Part shown: piece after piece, positions 36,405-49,054 of the stretch
Numbering within the stretch: position 1 is the first letter of the stretch
Layout: each line of letters begins with the position of its first letter
Assembly: GCF_004010195.1 (NCBI RefSeq)
Contig: NC_057751.1
Location: forward strand, 9,683,457 to 9,747,456
Direction of reading: 5' to 3'
Origin: Chiloscyllium plagiosum
Taxonomy: Eukaryota
DNA length: 64,000 nt
The notes under the pieces: model-generated
What the model saw: only the letters and a program-made list of their open reading frames with translations
Databases searched by the model: none
Told to the model about the DNA's origin: nothing
Translations under genes and position numbers: made by a program

Positions 36405-36799
36405 ACTTATCTATGAAATCTACACAAATGGTATTTCTATAGGTACAGGCAAACTGTGCAGTGACAGATGAATTCAATACCTGGAGGCATTCCAGGCGCT
36501 CAGGTTGGCCCAGTGTTAAATCCATGTAAATAGTCAACCAATTCTATCAGTCTGTTTCCAGCAATGCAAGCCCTTTGATTTTGAGTCATTCATTCAGCAA
36601 CCAAGTCAGTACATATTTACCTTCTGAGTGAAGGATTTAATGTTTCTTAGCAGTATTACCAAGTAGGAATTTTGAACCGAAATTCAACTGAAGGCGAAAG
36701 AAGCTCTTGTTGGGATGGGAGAAGTGTTGTCTCACATTTCAATTCAAACAGTTAAAAATCTATTGAAGACCAATGTGCACGTGTAAGCAGCTTGCCAGA

Positions 36800-37145
36800 A
36801 GTGAGGGGCACGGATAGGGTAAATAGACAAGGGGTGGGGGAGTCCCAAACTAGAGGGCATTGATTTAAGATGAGAGGAGAAAGTTATAAATGGGACCTAA
36901 GGGGTACCTTTTTCATGCAGAAGGTTGTCTATGTGTGTGTGGAATAAGTTGCCAGAGGAAGCAGTGGAGACTGTTACAATTGCAACATTTAAAAGGCATC
37001 TGGATGGTATATGAATAGGATGGGTTTCGAAAGATATGGGCCAAATGCTGGCAAATGGGACTAGATTTATTTTGGATATCTGGCCAGCATGGACGAGTTG
37101 GCCTGAAGGGTATGTTTCTGTACTGTATACCTCTATGATTCTATT
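36800..37145 (+). mobile_element. CR1 3' end
   Basis: Homologous to 21860-22210. Confidence 0.85.
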
Positions 37146-37515
37146 ATGACAGAGGCCACTCATGAGTCATCCCCTTTAAGACAGACCACCCAAAACCTAC
37201 AAAAAAATCAGGAACCTTTGACAGTTTTGTATTTTCAAGTTGCCCCTTTAAAACAGGAAGATTCTTTTTCTGACGATGAATAAATACTTATCCATTTCTG
37301 GCTACTCTCCGGATCCAAGATTTCCTGCAGAAAATAATTGATTTTTGCTTCCTTGTTCTAAAATTTATTTTTTGTTTAACACCAATATATCAATCACCAA
37401 TAATGAACAACCTTCAGTAAAGACGTGGGATGCGGGAAATAATTAGTATGTTCGATCTAGTTTCACACGTTTATTTTGTTCAATTGTAATGAGAATCTTT
37501 AATTTGCTACTGCAG

Positions 37516-37653
37516 GTATCCAATATCCTTTCTATGGGGTCCAGTGGCATCCAGAGGTTAATCGATTTCAGTGGCAGCAGCATGTATCTTTCCCACATTC
37601 TCCGAATGCTGTTCAAGTCTCCTATCTGCTGTCTGACTTTTTTGTGAATGAAG
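37516..37653 (+). CDS. GGH: GGH-like exon 8 with catalytic His/Glu (YPFYGVQWHPEVNRFQW...PHSPNAVQVSYLLSDFFVNE)
   Basis: tgcag| and |gtattt; QWHPE motif; 138 nt. Confidence 0.96.
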
Positions 37654-38870
37654 GTATTTATTTGTGGTCAAAGCAAAAAACGGAGCACAATCACTTGTTG
37701 CCTTTTGTTGCTTCTCGCTTTTTGTCCTTTAGCTGGTCACATTGAACTTATGTCCTCTGGTTCTCAATCCTCCTTTAATCAGGACTGATTATAAGAGGGT
37801 GATAGTTATCAGGTTGAAAAATAAAATAAACCCAATTGCAGATGTCTTGAAAATTTTGAGGCAAATGTCAGAAGAATTAACACATTGATACTGCACCAAA
37901 ACCTGGGAATCCTCAATACTACATCCTTGTAACCAGGTGAGTTATCCAATTGGAATTGCATTCTGCACCCTTCATGACTTGTATCATATTTAAAGGCAAG
38001 TGTAAGGTGCTGTGTTCCAGATATGATTGGATGATACAAACTACAAGGCTTTCAGCAAAACACTTTGTTCTTAAACCACAGTTAAAATTCAAACAAAAAA
38101 AGAAGAATTGGCACAACCTTTAATAATTGAAACACTTAATAAAATGATATTATTTAATAACTACATACCAACTCTTCCAGTATAGTAGCAACCCATAAAC
38201 ATACCCTTGGCAAAGGCAAATTGAGAAAAACCGATTCAGTCACATGCTATCTCCAGTTAAGAAGAAAGGAACCTGGAGAAAATTAAACTTGCAGCAGAGA
38301 GAGAAAGCTGTATCTAGCAGCTTCAAATCCAAAACCCCAACTTGTTCAACTGAAAGCAAAACTAAAACCCTCGATCTCTTTGAGTGAGACTCCATTCCCT
38401 CATGCTTGTTTTGTCTAATTTGAAAAAACACAAAGCTATTTGCTCTGCTTTCCATGGGGCAGACATCTCAACACCAGGTTAATAACACCCTTTTCAAGTG
38501 AAACAGGACAGAACAAATCCCTCTTAAAGACCCATATTGTTATCCAGTATTCCCAGTAGCTGAGTTCAGGGAGGAAGTAAGTTTGCCATGTAGACATTGA
38601 AGAATCTCAGTGTAATGTTTTCTCTGTTCAAAATATTTGAATTTTATCAGCTTTGTGATTGGGATAACTCAGATTGAAGGAAGTACTCTTTGTTTAAAGA
38701 GAGAAAAATCTGCCTCTCACGTTAAAGCCTCTGGCAAAAAGATCAGTCCAAGAGTGTAAATGTGGACGTATATATCATTGTCATCATCTCTTGATTTCTT
38801 CACAATTTCCTGAGTTAGTTCCTCTCCTCAAGGCAGCTTTCTTGGCTTTAAAAATAAATCAAGGTTCATG

Positions 38871-38890
38871 GAGAGAGAGAGAGAGAGAGA
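38871..38890. repeat. (GA)10 microsatellite
   Basis: Directly visible. Confidence 0.95.
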
Positions 38891-39142
38891 ATGTGAGCAA
38901 CGGTGCTTAGTTCATGTTTCCTGTGAATGGATCACAAGGTGCCATGACTCATGAATTGTGCCAAGTGATGGTGTTATGCTATCTGTCCATGCAGTGAGAA
39001 TCAAAAACATGAACGGTGTGCTAAAAATGTCATTACTCCTGGTGTTTGATGTGAACCAGCTCTGAGGATACAAGTCCATTGTTTTGATATACTGCATTCT
39101 GGGCATTCTGACCTTTCAATATTTTCATTTGTTTTTTCACAG

Positions 39143-39258
39143 CCCGGAAGAACTTCCATCATTTTTCAAACCTGAAGGAAGAGGAGGCAGCTCTGATCTA
39201 TAACTACAGTCCACGCTTTGTGCCCACATCCAGCTACATCCAAGTCTATTTTTTTTAA
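39143..39258 (+). CDS. GGH: GGH-like exon 9, terminal (ARKNFHHFSNLKEEEAALIYNYSPRFVPTSSYIQVYFF*)
   Basis: ttcacag| acceptor; ARKN-x-H-x-F, LIYNY and QVYFF C-terminal motifs; TAA at 39256-39258. The spliced CDS totals 936 nt (311 aa) with no internal stop. Confidence 0.95.
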
Positions 39259-39700
39259 AGAAATTTTATGAATTATCCACAAATTAAATTTGAGCAGGAA
39301 ACCCAATATTCCCACTTCACAATCATACTTAGCTGCTTGGACAGAAAGAAGCAATCTGACTATCAACTGGAACCAAAAGGACAGTTTAAAGTTAGGACTC
39401 TCATTGCATTACCCAAGTACTGGGGGAAAAATATTAATTTGGTATTTAATCACTTGATAAGTTAGCCACTTGTTCTTTGTATAATTTTCAGATTAACTTT
39501 CATTACACTGTTATTCTGGATTAAGTATTCAACTTGTTCTATTTTCCATACTACTGCAGTTAAAATATTATGATATCAAAATTGCTTCACTGGCGGTCAA
39601 GTGATTGAAGGTGTTTGTGACAACCACAACCAAAGAGGCACTTATTTTATATCAACAGTGCAGATTGCATCATTTCTACAATGTCTGACTAAACCGCTTC

Positions 39701-39706
39701 AATAAA
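39701..39706 (+). terminator. Candidate polyadenylation signal of the GGH-like gene
   Basis: First AATAAA I found after the stop codon (about 440 nt 3' UTR), followed by T/GT-rich sequence. Confidence 0.5.
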
Positions 39707-42700
39707 CATTCTTTCCACAAGTTGGGATTCCATGGCTTTTAATACTCTGGTTTTAAAACTCCAGAAATCGTGTGTGATCACAGGTCAGATGTTTGTGTGG
39801 AATTTGTTATTGTGTGTGAAAATATGACTTGATCAAAAGCTGTTGGCATACTGAAACAGGAATGTTCTCCTTTTAACACAGATTCCAAATTCTAATCTAT
39901 CAGAACAACACAGATGGCAAACGCCAGGCGAAGAGAGGCAGAAGGCCAATTTTTAAAAAATCAAACAAACAAACCTGAATGAAAGCACAGAATAAAGTGA
40001 AAGGAGACAGGAAGGAAGGTTTGATCAGATCTTGTGATGATAAAGCCAAAACAGCACTCTGCTGTCTTTAAAGATTCTAGTTTCTCATGGTCCCAACTGA
40101 ATGAATAAAAGTAGTTGCTGGGAAGAGAAAGGTAAAATTCAAAGAGTAAGTATAAATATTAAGACATTTTTATCCAGGATTACAGTGTTATAGAGCTACG
40201 GTCATTTTCCCTCAGTTAACCTATGCGGATGTAAATATCTGAACATCATCTACTTATGGGCACTTTTTGTCAGTATCAAAAGATGGACAACTTTCAACAG
40301 AGTTGGTCACATTGTGAGGTTTTTTCTGAGACAGCAGATGCCACAACTATTTAAAGGTTACGAATCTCCAGTTGCCGACTTTGTGCACATTGTGGTAGAT
40401 TCTGCTGTTGTCCAAATATGACCATGGACCAGAACAAAAGCCAGAGATTGAATTTTAAAGCTTTCCCCCATTCTGAGGGAAAATGGTATTATACCACCTC
40501 AGCAGCAACTAATTCATGTTCTGGTTATTTCACCACAGTGGAGATTGAGTGATGTTTCCAGAAAGAAGTGAGACAAAATTGATGCAATAAATCCAGAACA
40601 GAAAGCAAAACAACATTTTGTGCAGAGATTTTGAGAGACTGAGTAGGACTGAGCATAGTGATTTAGCTTGTGATCAAATGAGCATTTATGAATAGATTAT
40701 GTAAGACATTGGAGAATGAAGACAAGGAGATTGTGGGATTTGGACAACTGTTTGTCTGGAAAAGAAACATCAACTAGAATTCCATAATGTCTTGCCATTG
40801 CTTGCAATGGGCCTTGGGTTTGCACTCTAGGGTAGGGAAACAATGGACACTGGTACTCTCACTGTCAGTGCAGTTAAGACATAAGTTAAGTGCATCTATC
40901 TCTGTCTGCTAGTTGGACAATATCTAATCTTTGCATCACAGGCTATTCCATTGTGCAATCATACAGGTTGATCTCCATTTTCATTCCTGCATCAAATGGT
41001 ATGGGAGACAAAAATCACATCGGTGAGGAGAGGTTTTGCCACATTATGTGGAATGGCATGTACATTAATGAAAGTGGATTTCATTGTTGACCTGTGTGCT
41101 ATCTTGAAGCTCTGGTATATTCTGTGCACCATATGAGGTCACTCACACTCAATCACTTTACACTGTCTTCTTTGAGACAGATTTGGAGTAAAGAGGATCT
41201 CACTGAATTCACATTGTTGAGATGAGGCACCTGACACTCAGATGTTGGAAGTGAGTCTCATTTTATTTCCTTCTGGCACACTCTGCACTTCCATATTTGA
41301 GTGAGACAGATTTCCAGGACTTTTGCAAATTGGTGATGGTTGACGTCCTGGAATGACAATTTATTTGTATTGATTTGTTTCAAAGCCTGACAACCAACTA
41401 CAAGGCGAAGTCAGGAGTGCGTTGGAATAGCCCCCACTTATCTGGATGAGTGCAGCTTCTGAAGAGACCATCACCACTCAGCAACACCATATCCACAAAC
41501 ATTCACTTTCTCCACCACTGATGCATAGTGGTAGCAGTTCACCATTTTCAAGATGCAATGGAGTCACTGACGCTTCTTAAGCAGCACCTTCCAAACCCCA
41601 TGTCCACTGCTATCTATGAGGACAAGAGCAGTAGATATGTGGGAACATGATCACTTCCGAGTTTGCTTCAAACTCACTCAGTAATGTGACTTGGAAATAT
41701 ATCACCATTGCTCCATTACCATTGTGTTAGAATCTTGGAGCTCTCTCTTAAACAGCATTCTGGATACTCCTACCCATTTGGCACTGCAATTCAAGAAGGC
41801 AGTTTATCACCACCTTCCCCCACCCCAGCCCCCAACCTTCTCAAGCACAAATAGGGATTGACAATAGGTGATGGCCCATGAAGTGAAGCACAATCCCACA
41901 AATTAATGAAAAGACTTGGAAGGTAGTAGACTTGATATCGGGGTGTAAATTTCATCTTGATTAATTCCACATAACCCTATGTGCCAGTATCTCAGCTCAG
42001 TGCTCAGCTTAGATTGATTCAATGCTGAGCTTTCTGCAGTGTGACATTAGTAGGTTCGACTCTTTCAATTCAATTGTGCATGTTTCAAACTCCTTGTGGT
42101 GAAGAAATATACCAAGGCTCCTCATAGAGCATCTTCATGACAGCATCTTGGGCAGGAATGCTGTTTGATCCTGGAACAGATTGCAGAAGAACATGATCCT
42201 GTCTTTATCCACTGTGGGAATTCAAGTTTCCAGTCAGGCCGTTGACTAATGATCAGAAGTAAGAGTTGCCCTTACTTAATCCAACATTTCTCAGACAAAT
42301 TGTCATCCAATTTTTGCCTTCCTCACTGAAATCGGTTCACTCAACATATTGCAGATGGAAGCCAGGACCATTGAGTATTGTATGGGTCTTTGAGCCACCT
42401 GGGAGCTTCATAAATTAGCTTCAATCAGAGATGTTAAGTGAAATATTGATACATCCTATCACATTGCATATGTTTCAGCATTGCCTCTCAAAATGGAATT
42501 ACAGAACCAGTTCAGCTGTGCTGTATACTTAAAATGTAACATGAATGTGTTCTGTACATTTAAGAACACAATTGGACCCATAGAAATATACTCTACATGT
42601 TTCTCGTAAACTGTGTATGCCCTTGCTGCCTTGAGCAATAGATACATAAAGATGTGACCAACATCTCTGTAAAAGTACTTGCACTTTCTTATTGTAACAT

Positions 42701-43099
42701 GGTCTCTTATCCCACTGAAATGCAAGTCCTGGTCTGGGATCATTTTTGATATGAAAAGAACCAATATGAAAGGTGGCACTTGCAATGCAGGTGTTTCACT
42801 GCACGACTGCAGGGGAGAGCACTATGTACCCTATGGTGAGTTAACACTTTCGACTTGATATCACAATGTGACGACAGGATATAACCACAAGCTGCAATAC
42901 ACTGTAAAAGCAGAGGACACGACAGTGCTGTGACAGAATGTACACTCATGGTACCTAAAAGAGCAACCGTTCCCTCAAATAAAGTACTGCATGTTAGGCT
43001 AATCAATAAAATCAGACCCTACGTGACTTGGGTGATATATTAGCATGGATGGATTAGCTAGGACAACATTTCCATGATGGCTACATGTAATTGGTGGTA

Positions 43100-44115
43100 A
43101 GTCACAAAGGTCAGCGTTGGAGCAACAATTACTTCCAATATAAATGGCTTGAATGAGGGAAATTAATGTACTGTTGTCATAGTGACAAATGACCAAAGAA
43201 GTGGTGGTAAGGCAAGTGGTGAGTCTGACAGAAAGAGACCACACAGACAAGTAATTGGGCCAAAACTCAGCCGGTGGATTTAATGTGGAAAAAAATGGCA
43301 TGTTATGCACTTCAGCAAGAAGAGCAGAGAACTGAAAATTATTTCAATTTAGAAAGGCTGTAGCACAGATGAATTTGGGGGTCTTTGTCCATGAGTCAAA
43401 GAAGATAACATCCAAATTCAGCAGCCAATAGGGAAGACATTTGTTTCAAAGGGAATTAAATATGAAAATAGGCAAGTCTGGCCAAAACTATACAAGGCAC
43501 AGGTTACACCACAGCTGGAATACTTGGAACACTGTGGTCTTCTTATCTAAGGAAAAATATGCTGGCATTGGATGCAGTCCAGAGAAAATTCAGTAATTTC
43601 ATCCCAAAAGTGGAGGGACTGTAGGAGGAGGAGGGGTATGGTAAATTTTGCTCATTCATTCGAGTTGAGAAGAATGAGAGGTGACCTGTCCAAACATATA
43701 AGATTGTCATGGGGCTTGATCATGTCGATGTGGTGTGTTTTTCCCCATGTGGGAAAGTCTCGAACCAGAGGGCATAATCTTGGAGTCAGGGGTCATTGAG
43801 TTAGGACAAAAATGAGAAGGAATTTCTTCTCTCAGACTTTGACAACCATCTGATGAAGGAACAGCACTCCGAAAGCTAGTGCTTTCAAATAAACATGTTG
43901 GACATAACCTGATGTCATATGATTTTCTTTAACCTTCTTTCAGAGGGTCGTGAACCCGTGAAAGTCTTTAACACAGAGGGCTGTGGAGGCTGGATGGTTG
44001 AGGAAATTCAAGACTGGGAAAGGGTTTTAATCAGAAATAGAATCAAAGACTTCAGGGACAAAGGTGGAAAGTGGAATTGAGGATAATCAGATCAATCGGG
44101 ATCTTGTTGAATGAT
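43100..44115 (+). mobile_element. Degenerate CR1 3' region with a nested Penelope-derived insert (43837-43933)
   Basis: LRRMRGDL, SRTRGHNL; insert flanked by CTTCTCTCAGA / CTTCTTTCAGA. Confidence 0.7.
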
Positions 44116-44849
44116 CTGGAAAATGTGGCAGCCTCTGAGGAGTGAAAAAGAATTTCATCAGGTCCCCTAGTGAACATAGAAATAAAGAGATGAATGTGAA
44201 AAAAAGGTCAAAGAGAGAAATGGAAAAGCGGTGCAAAATTTCAAAGTGGGCACTGGAAGAAAAGTGGCACTGAATCGAATACAACAGTACTAATAAAGTC
44301 AAAAAACTAAATGCACTGGAAAATGTTGGAGCGATTCAGGAGGTCTGATCCCATTAATCAGAACTTCCTAAACCATACCTTGTAATTTTGTTCCCACCAG
44401 CAAGGTTGAAGACTTTAACTAATTTATAAGGCAATTTCATGTGCAGTATTGCCTCTTGGTCTTGAGCGTTGTTTGACATAATCGGACAGTTACCTGAATG
44501 TGCATCCCTCACTTTGACCTTTCTGCTTGCTCAGTGCTACCATCAGCAAGTCACATATTTTCGTCTTCCGATTTTCTTGGGCAGGTGGGATAGAAACCCA
44601 AAGGAAACCTGCAGTTTGCAATTGTATGCCTCCAAAGAGTGCATCCAGAAAATTAGTCCTAATATGTGAGTCAGACGTAATCATCTCTGTCTTTATCCTG
44701 TTCCCAATGTCCTCATTCAATCTCAGCAGCTTGGGTTGAGCTCTGTGCCTTCAAGACAAGGATGGTTCCAAACTGGAAGCGGAATACTTGTAATGCTGGA
44801 AATATATGGGTATTTGTCGCCTTTCCTTGTGTCCTCAAATCCTGAGGTA

Positions 44850-45850
44850 TAACCGGGACTGGGGTAGATGGCAGTGAGTTGGGACCCCGGCCGAGTGCGG
44901 CTGTAAGGTTCTGCTTGTCGCTCGATGCGAGGAACATCGGCACAAGCGAACTGCCAACAGGAGATTTCTCTCGCACTGTGAGGTGAGGGTGGATGTGGGT
45001 GTGCTCGCCATCCTGCTGCGGTCTCCCTGCTGTGTTTGATCCCCGCCCCCTTCAGGCGCTGCTCTGACTCTCCGACTTGTCAACCAGAGAGGCGTGCAGC
45101 GAGCTGAAGCCAGTGTCCTCTGCGGCTCCTCACGCACTTGGCCTTGAGTGGGAAAGGAAGAGGAAGACTCCGGGCTTCTCGGAACGTTCGCTTGAAGTCG
45201 GGCTTCGGGTCGGGACGGGGAGGAAGCGTGCAGGAGCTGTCTGATCCAGGCAGCTGGGCCTTGTGCTTGTGTTTCTGGCAGAGGGACTCCCTGGAGTTTA
45301 TCCGTGTCAGTTTGCACGGTGCAAGGCGCGGACTTGCTGCTGGAAGGGAGGGAAGCCGCCGAAATTCAGCCTTTCCCCCGGCTCCCTGGACACCCCACCT
45401 CGTCCCATCTGCATTTCTGCGGCCGAGATCTGTATCCGGGACCATTGATGCACCCTTTCCAGTGGTGTAACGGTGAGGATCGCCCAACATGTCTCTCTTT
45501 CTTTTTTAAATTTCGATTTTTCTGACTGATATTTCAGGGTTTGTGGATCTCTGGTCCGACGGAGCTCGGGGCTGTTGGGAGGGTCATCCGGAAAGAGAAA
45601 GCCTGAGCTGCCGAAAACAATGAGATGAACGAAGCAGCAGAGCCAGCGGTCAGCCATCACCAGACGGCAGGCTGCTTGCTTTGTCTGCCGTCTCTCCCGC
45701 ACACCACAGCCGCCTGGCCCCCGGGTCAAGGGAGACACAGCCCGTCTGGAGCCTCCCGCTCAAGCTCATCAGCCGCACTGCAGCGTCCCCGGGCTCGGGG
45801 ACAGGTCGGTGACTGGGCTTTCAGGTCAATGGAACGGATAATTCCCGGGG
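44850..45850 (+). promoter_or_regulatory. CpG island / promoter and 5' region of RNF122
   Basis: Strong GC and CpG enrichment surrounding RNF122 coding exon 1. Confidence 0.75.
45448..45472 (+). CDS. RNF122: RING finger protein 122, coding exon 1 (MHPFQWCNG)
   Basis: ATGCACCCTTTCCAGTGGTGTAACG|GTGAGG; peptide matches the recalled RNF122 N-terminus; phase 1 joins exon 2. Confidence 0.92.
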
Positions 45851-47929
45851 TTTAAAGGTGTGGGAAAGTGGGGTTGTTTCAGAGAAGGAACAATGCGAGG
45901 TGTGGACTGGATGTCGTTTTGGTTCAGTAATGCAGGCGGGATGGGGAAGGGGTTCCGAATTACTGGCGTACAGAGCGCTGGGGTCAGGGGCTGGAGAAGA
46001 GGGAACGCAAGTTAGAGAAGGGTAGTGTTTCTAAAAATACCACCGAAGCAAATGTCAATTTAAGGGGCACTGCGCAGAGAAAGATTTTGCGAAAGAATGT
46101 ATATGTATATTGGGGAAAAGAATCTCAATGCAATGTTTGCTGATGTGTTACATGTGTCTTAAAACCGAAGAAAATGCTGTACATTAGTATCACTCACTCA
46201 AAATTGCATTGCATGAAGAGTGAGGCCGGGCCGGGGCAGAAACTGGGGATGATTCAGAGGATTGTACAGTGAAACATATTGAATCCCGGCACAGAAATAG
46301 GTTTCTCGACTAATCTGACGAATGCCAGTGTTCATACTACACATAGGCCTCTTATTACTCCTGTACTCCTTCCTGTCCTGTTCCCACATCCCTCAATTTC
46401 CTTCTGTCTTATGTACCCATCAAGGCTCCCCTGACAGACTTGAAGCATTCTGTGCGTCACTGGATTCCATATTCTCACCTCTCAGCAAATAACGTAGGGA
46501 TATTCCTCCGAAAACCTCACTTCTTTGTGAGAGGCTTTCTTGTATTTATACCTGTCGTTCACCCAGAATGGAAACACTCGTTCAAAGATACGATTTTGAA
46601 GAACTCGAGCCTTGAGACGGGAGCCCAAACCTGATCAATGCTGCCTGATAGTTTCATCCTATCAAATCTTGTGATGCCCTTGTCAATTTTTGCTCACTTT
46701 CTTTAATGCTTCAATGATGCTTGTGTAGCATGAAGACCAGAACTAGACACAACACATTACTTGCAATCCAACGAGGAAAATTTAACATAGCCTCTGTTGC
46801 TGATGTGATCTATTCTTCAAGAAATGAATATTTGCCCTGTATTTGCACTGCTATGGTTTTAAAAACTTATGATTTATTTTTCTGATTGACAGGAAATAGT
46901 TGATGCCAAAACATTGAATGTATTCAATAGGGGGCTCAATACAGCACTTGGGGCGTAGGGGATCAAAGGTTATGGGGAGAAAGCAGGATTAGGCTATTGA
47001 GTTGGACTATCAGCAATGGTGGTGATGAATGGTGGAACAGGTCAAAGGGCCGAAAGACCTCCTCCTATCTTCTCATGCTTCTATATCTTTCTTCCTGTAT
47101 CCCTATTTTGTTTCTTGTCTTTCAAGCAACAAATGGCTTCCTTCACCCTCCTATTAAAGAGAACCACCTCCCATTTTCCGATAGTGAATATCATTTTCCA
47201 TTTAGTTGCTGACTCTGCAAGCCTGTTGATTATTTTCATATTCACCTGCAAATAATTACAAGCTCCTTTTTTCTTCTTTTGTGGGATGTGGGCATTTCTG
47301 GCATGAGCAGCTTTTATTATCGATCCTAAATTGCTTAGGTAGTGAACTGTCTCTGACTCCTGGAGTGGGACTACAATCACCTCAGAAACAGAAAGTCCCA
47401 CTGATCTGAAGTAGTTATTACCTTCCTTCCTAATTCTGTCCGCAGGCTCAAAAAACCAAAATGCGGCATCATCAGTTCATGACTTACTTCACTCCGTCCT
47501 CTTTTCATGTTGAATAGTATCCTGCACCACAGGTCCTGACTCTTCATTGAGATTTTTGGATTGTTCGTAATTGTCTATTCATCGCTGAAGTGGAGGCAGG
47601 ACAGAACTGCCTTCACTGGACTTTGCTTAAAGTTGGAAATATCAGTCAGATCTGCTGTTTCTGAATACCCCTGATGGAAATTAAATGTACAGTATGTGGA
47701 CATGGCTGGGTTTTTTCTTGTTGACTTTCCTGCATAATTCATGAAATAGGCAGTAAGCAATAGTCCCTTCAAGAGAACGGGGGAAAAATATGCATGGAGG
47801 GATTATGGGGCAAAATAGGCATACAATCCAGCTAAAATCAACAAACAGACAAGGTAGGGAAACAAAAGCTTTGAACCAAAGAATTTGTGTTAACCAGTGA
47901 TTCTCATTTCTGTTTCTGTCACTTTCCAG

Positions 47930-48086
47930 GATGTTTCTGTGGCTTGGGGTTGATTTACTCGAATAAATCGTGCACAATGCCACCAATAACCTTTCAGGAT
48001 CTTCCATTGAACATCTACATGGTTATATTCGGTACTGGAATTTTTGTCTTCGTGCTGAGTCTGATATTCTGCTGTTATTTTATCAG
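47930..48086 (+). CDS. RNF122: RNF122 exon 2 ([53 protein letters not shown]; TM helix)
   Basis: ttccag| and |gtaact; RNF122/RNF24 signature [16 protein letters not shown]; 157 nt. Confidence 0.96.
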
Positions 48087-49054
48087 GTAACTTCCACCCC
48101 ACTCTTTGCGCTTTTTGCTCTTTCTTTTTCTGTAAGTTATTTTTGTACTTGTTAAGGTATGTAATGTTGGTGCTGGGTAACAGCGAGTTCAGTATCAAAC
48201 TTCATTTAAGGTTCATTGCCTCAATGTATTTGTCGCCAGAACAATATTCTTACTGCACCAATGACAATTTTCCAGTTCCTGCATCAGCCGTCCAGAGATT
48301 GCTGAATTAGGAACAGTTGTAACTGGTTTTGTCTATACATCCCAGAGGTGAGAGGCCAGTGCTTGCTTCTTGAATTGCTGCCAAACTATGATTTGTATTG
48401 CTTCCCCTGCAGTTCTTTCCTGAGCTCACTCTGTGTAAGCGTGTGTGGTGTTGCCGATCGTTATCTTTACTGGTTAGGATTCAGTGCCCTTCTTCTGAAA
48501 GTTGTATTCTGACCCCATGAGGATAGAAAACAATGCAGCTCCCTTGAGACAAAGTGTATTTATATTCTGAGGGCAGGCAAAGCAGAAATACTCAGCAAAT
48601 AGATGGTCAGGAAACGACCATTGTGTTTATAAGAAAAGGCTGTTCGGACAGCTGCTGTTAACTCCCTGTGGTGCAGAACCTAAAAATGCAGAGGAAGAAT
48701 TGAAGGGAAGGAACGCATCACTGCTCCATCATTTCATGTTTCACTTTCAAATTTAGACAGTGAGCTGTAAATGCACATTCTCGGTGCCCATAGTGCACCA
48801 GAGTAGAACTGGGACTCCCTTGGGTAGATATCAACAGATTGATGAATGTCTTTCCATCACTTGCTTGATGGACAACAACAATAATACTTAACCTAAATTG
48901 AGCCTTGCGTGTAATAAAGCATCCAATGCTTGACAGGAACAAAATTTGAAATTTGGGTACATGACAACATGATAAACGGTACAAAAAATGAATCATGTGG
49001 TTTGCTTGCTTTTGTAAGTAAAGTTGAAGATACCAAGAGGAAAGAAGTAAAACA

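Noticed and set aside
34440-36800. Protein-looking minus-strand frame flanking the CR1 (…WLTIYMDLTLGQPERLECLQV… / …IEEHLQNNRKYLSNLH…), considered as an endogenous viral or pseudogene remnant
   Set aside because: Stop density is near random expectation and I recognise no motif. A TBLASTX or HMM search of the sequence with the CR1 removed would settle it.
37511-37523. AG|GTATCC at the start of GGH-like exon 8, resembling a U12 donor or recursive splice site
   Set aside because: It is explained by coding (Gly-Ile-Gln) and lacks the full GTATCCTT consensus; all introns read as ordinary GT-AG.
37800-38545. Possible solo LTR in GGH-like intron 8
   Set aside because: LTR-like composition, but I could not fix TG...CA ends or a TSD.
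44835-45855. Cluster of overlapping 70-160 aa ORFs
   Set aside because: Expected by-product of a GC-rich CpG island; only MHPFQWCNG is supported by splicing and homology.
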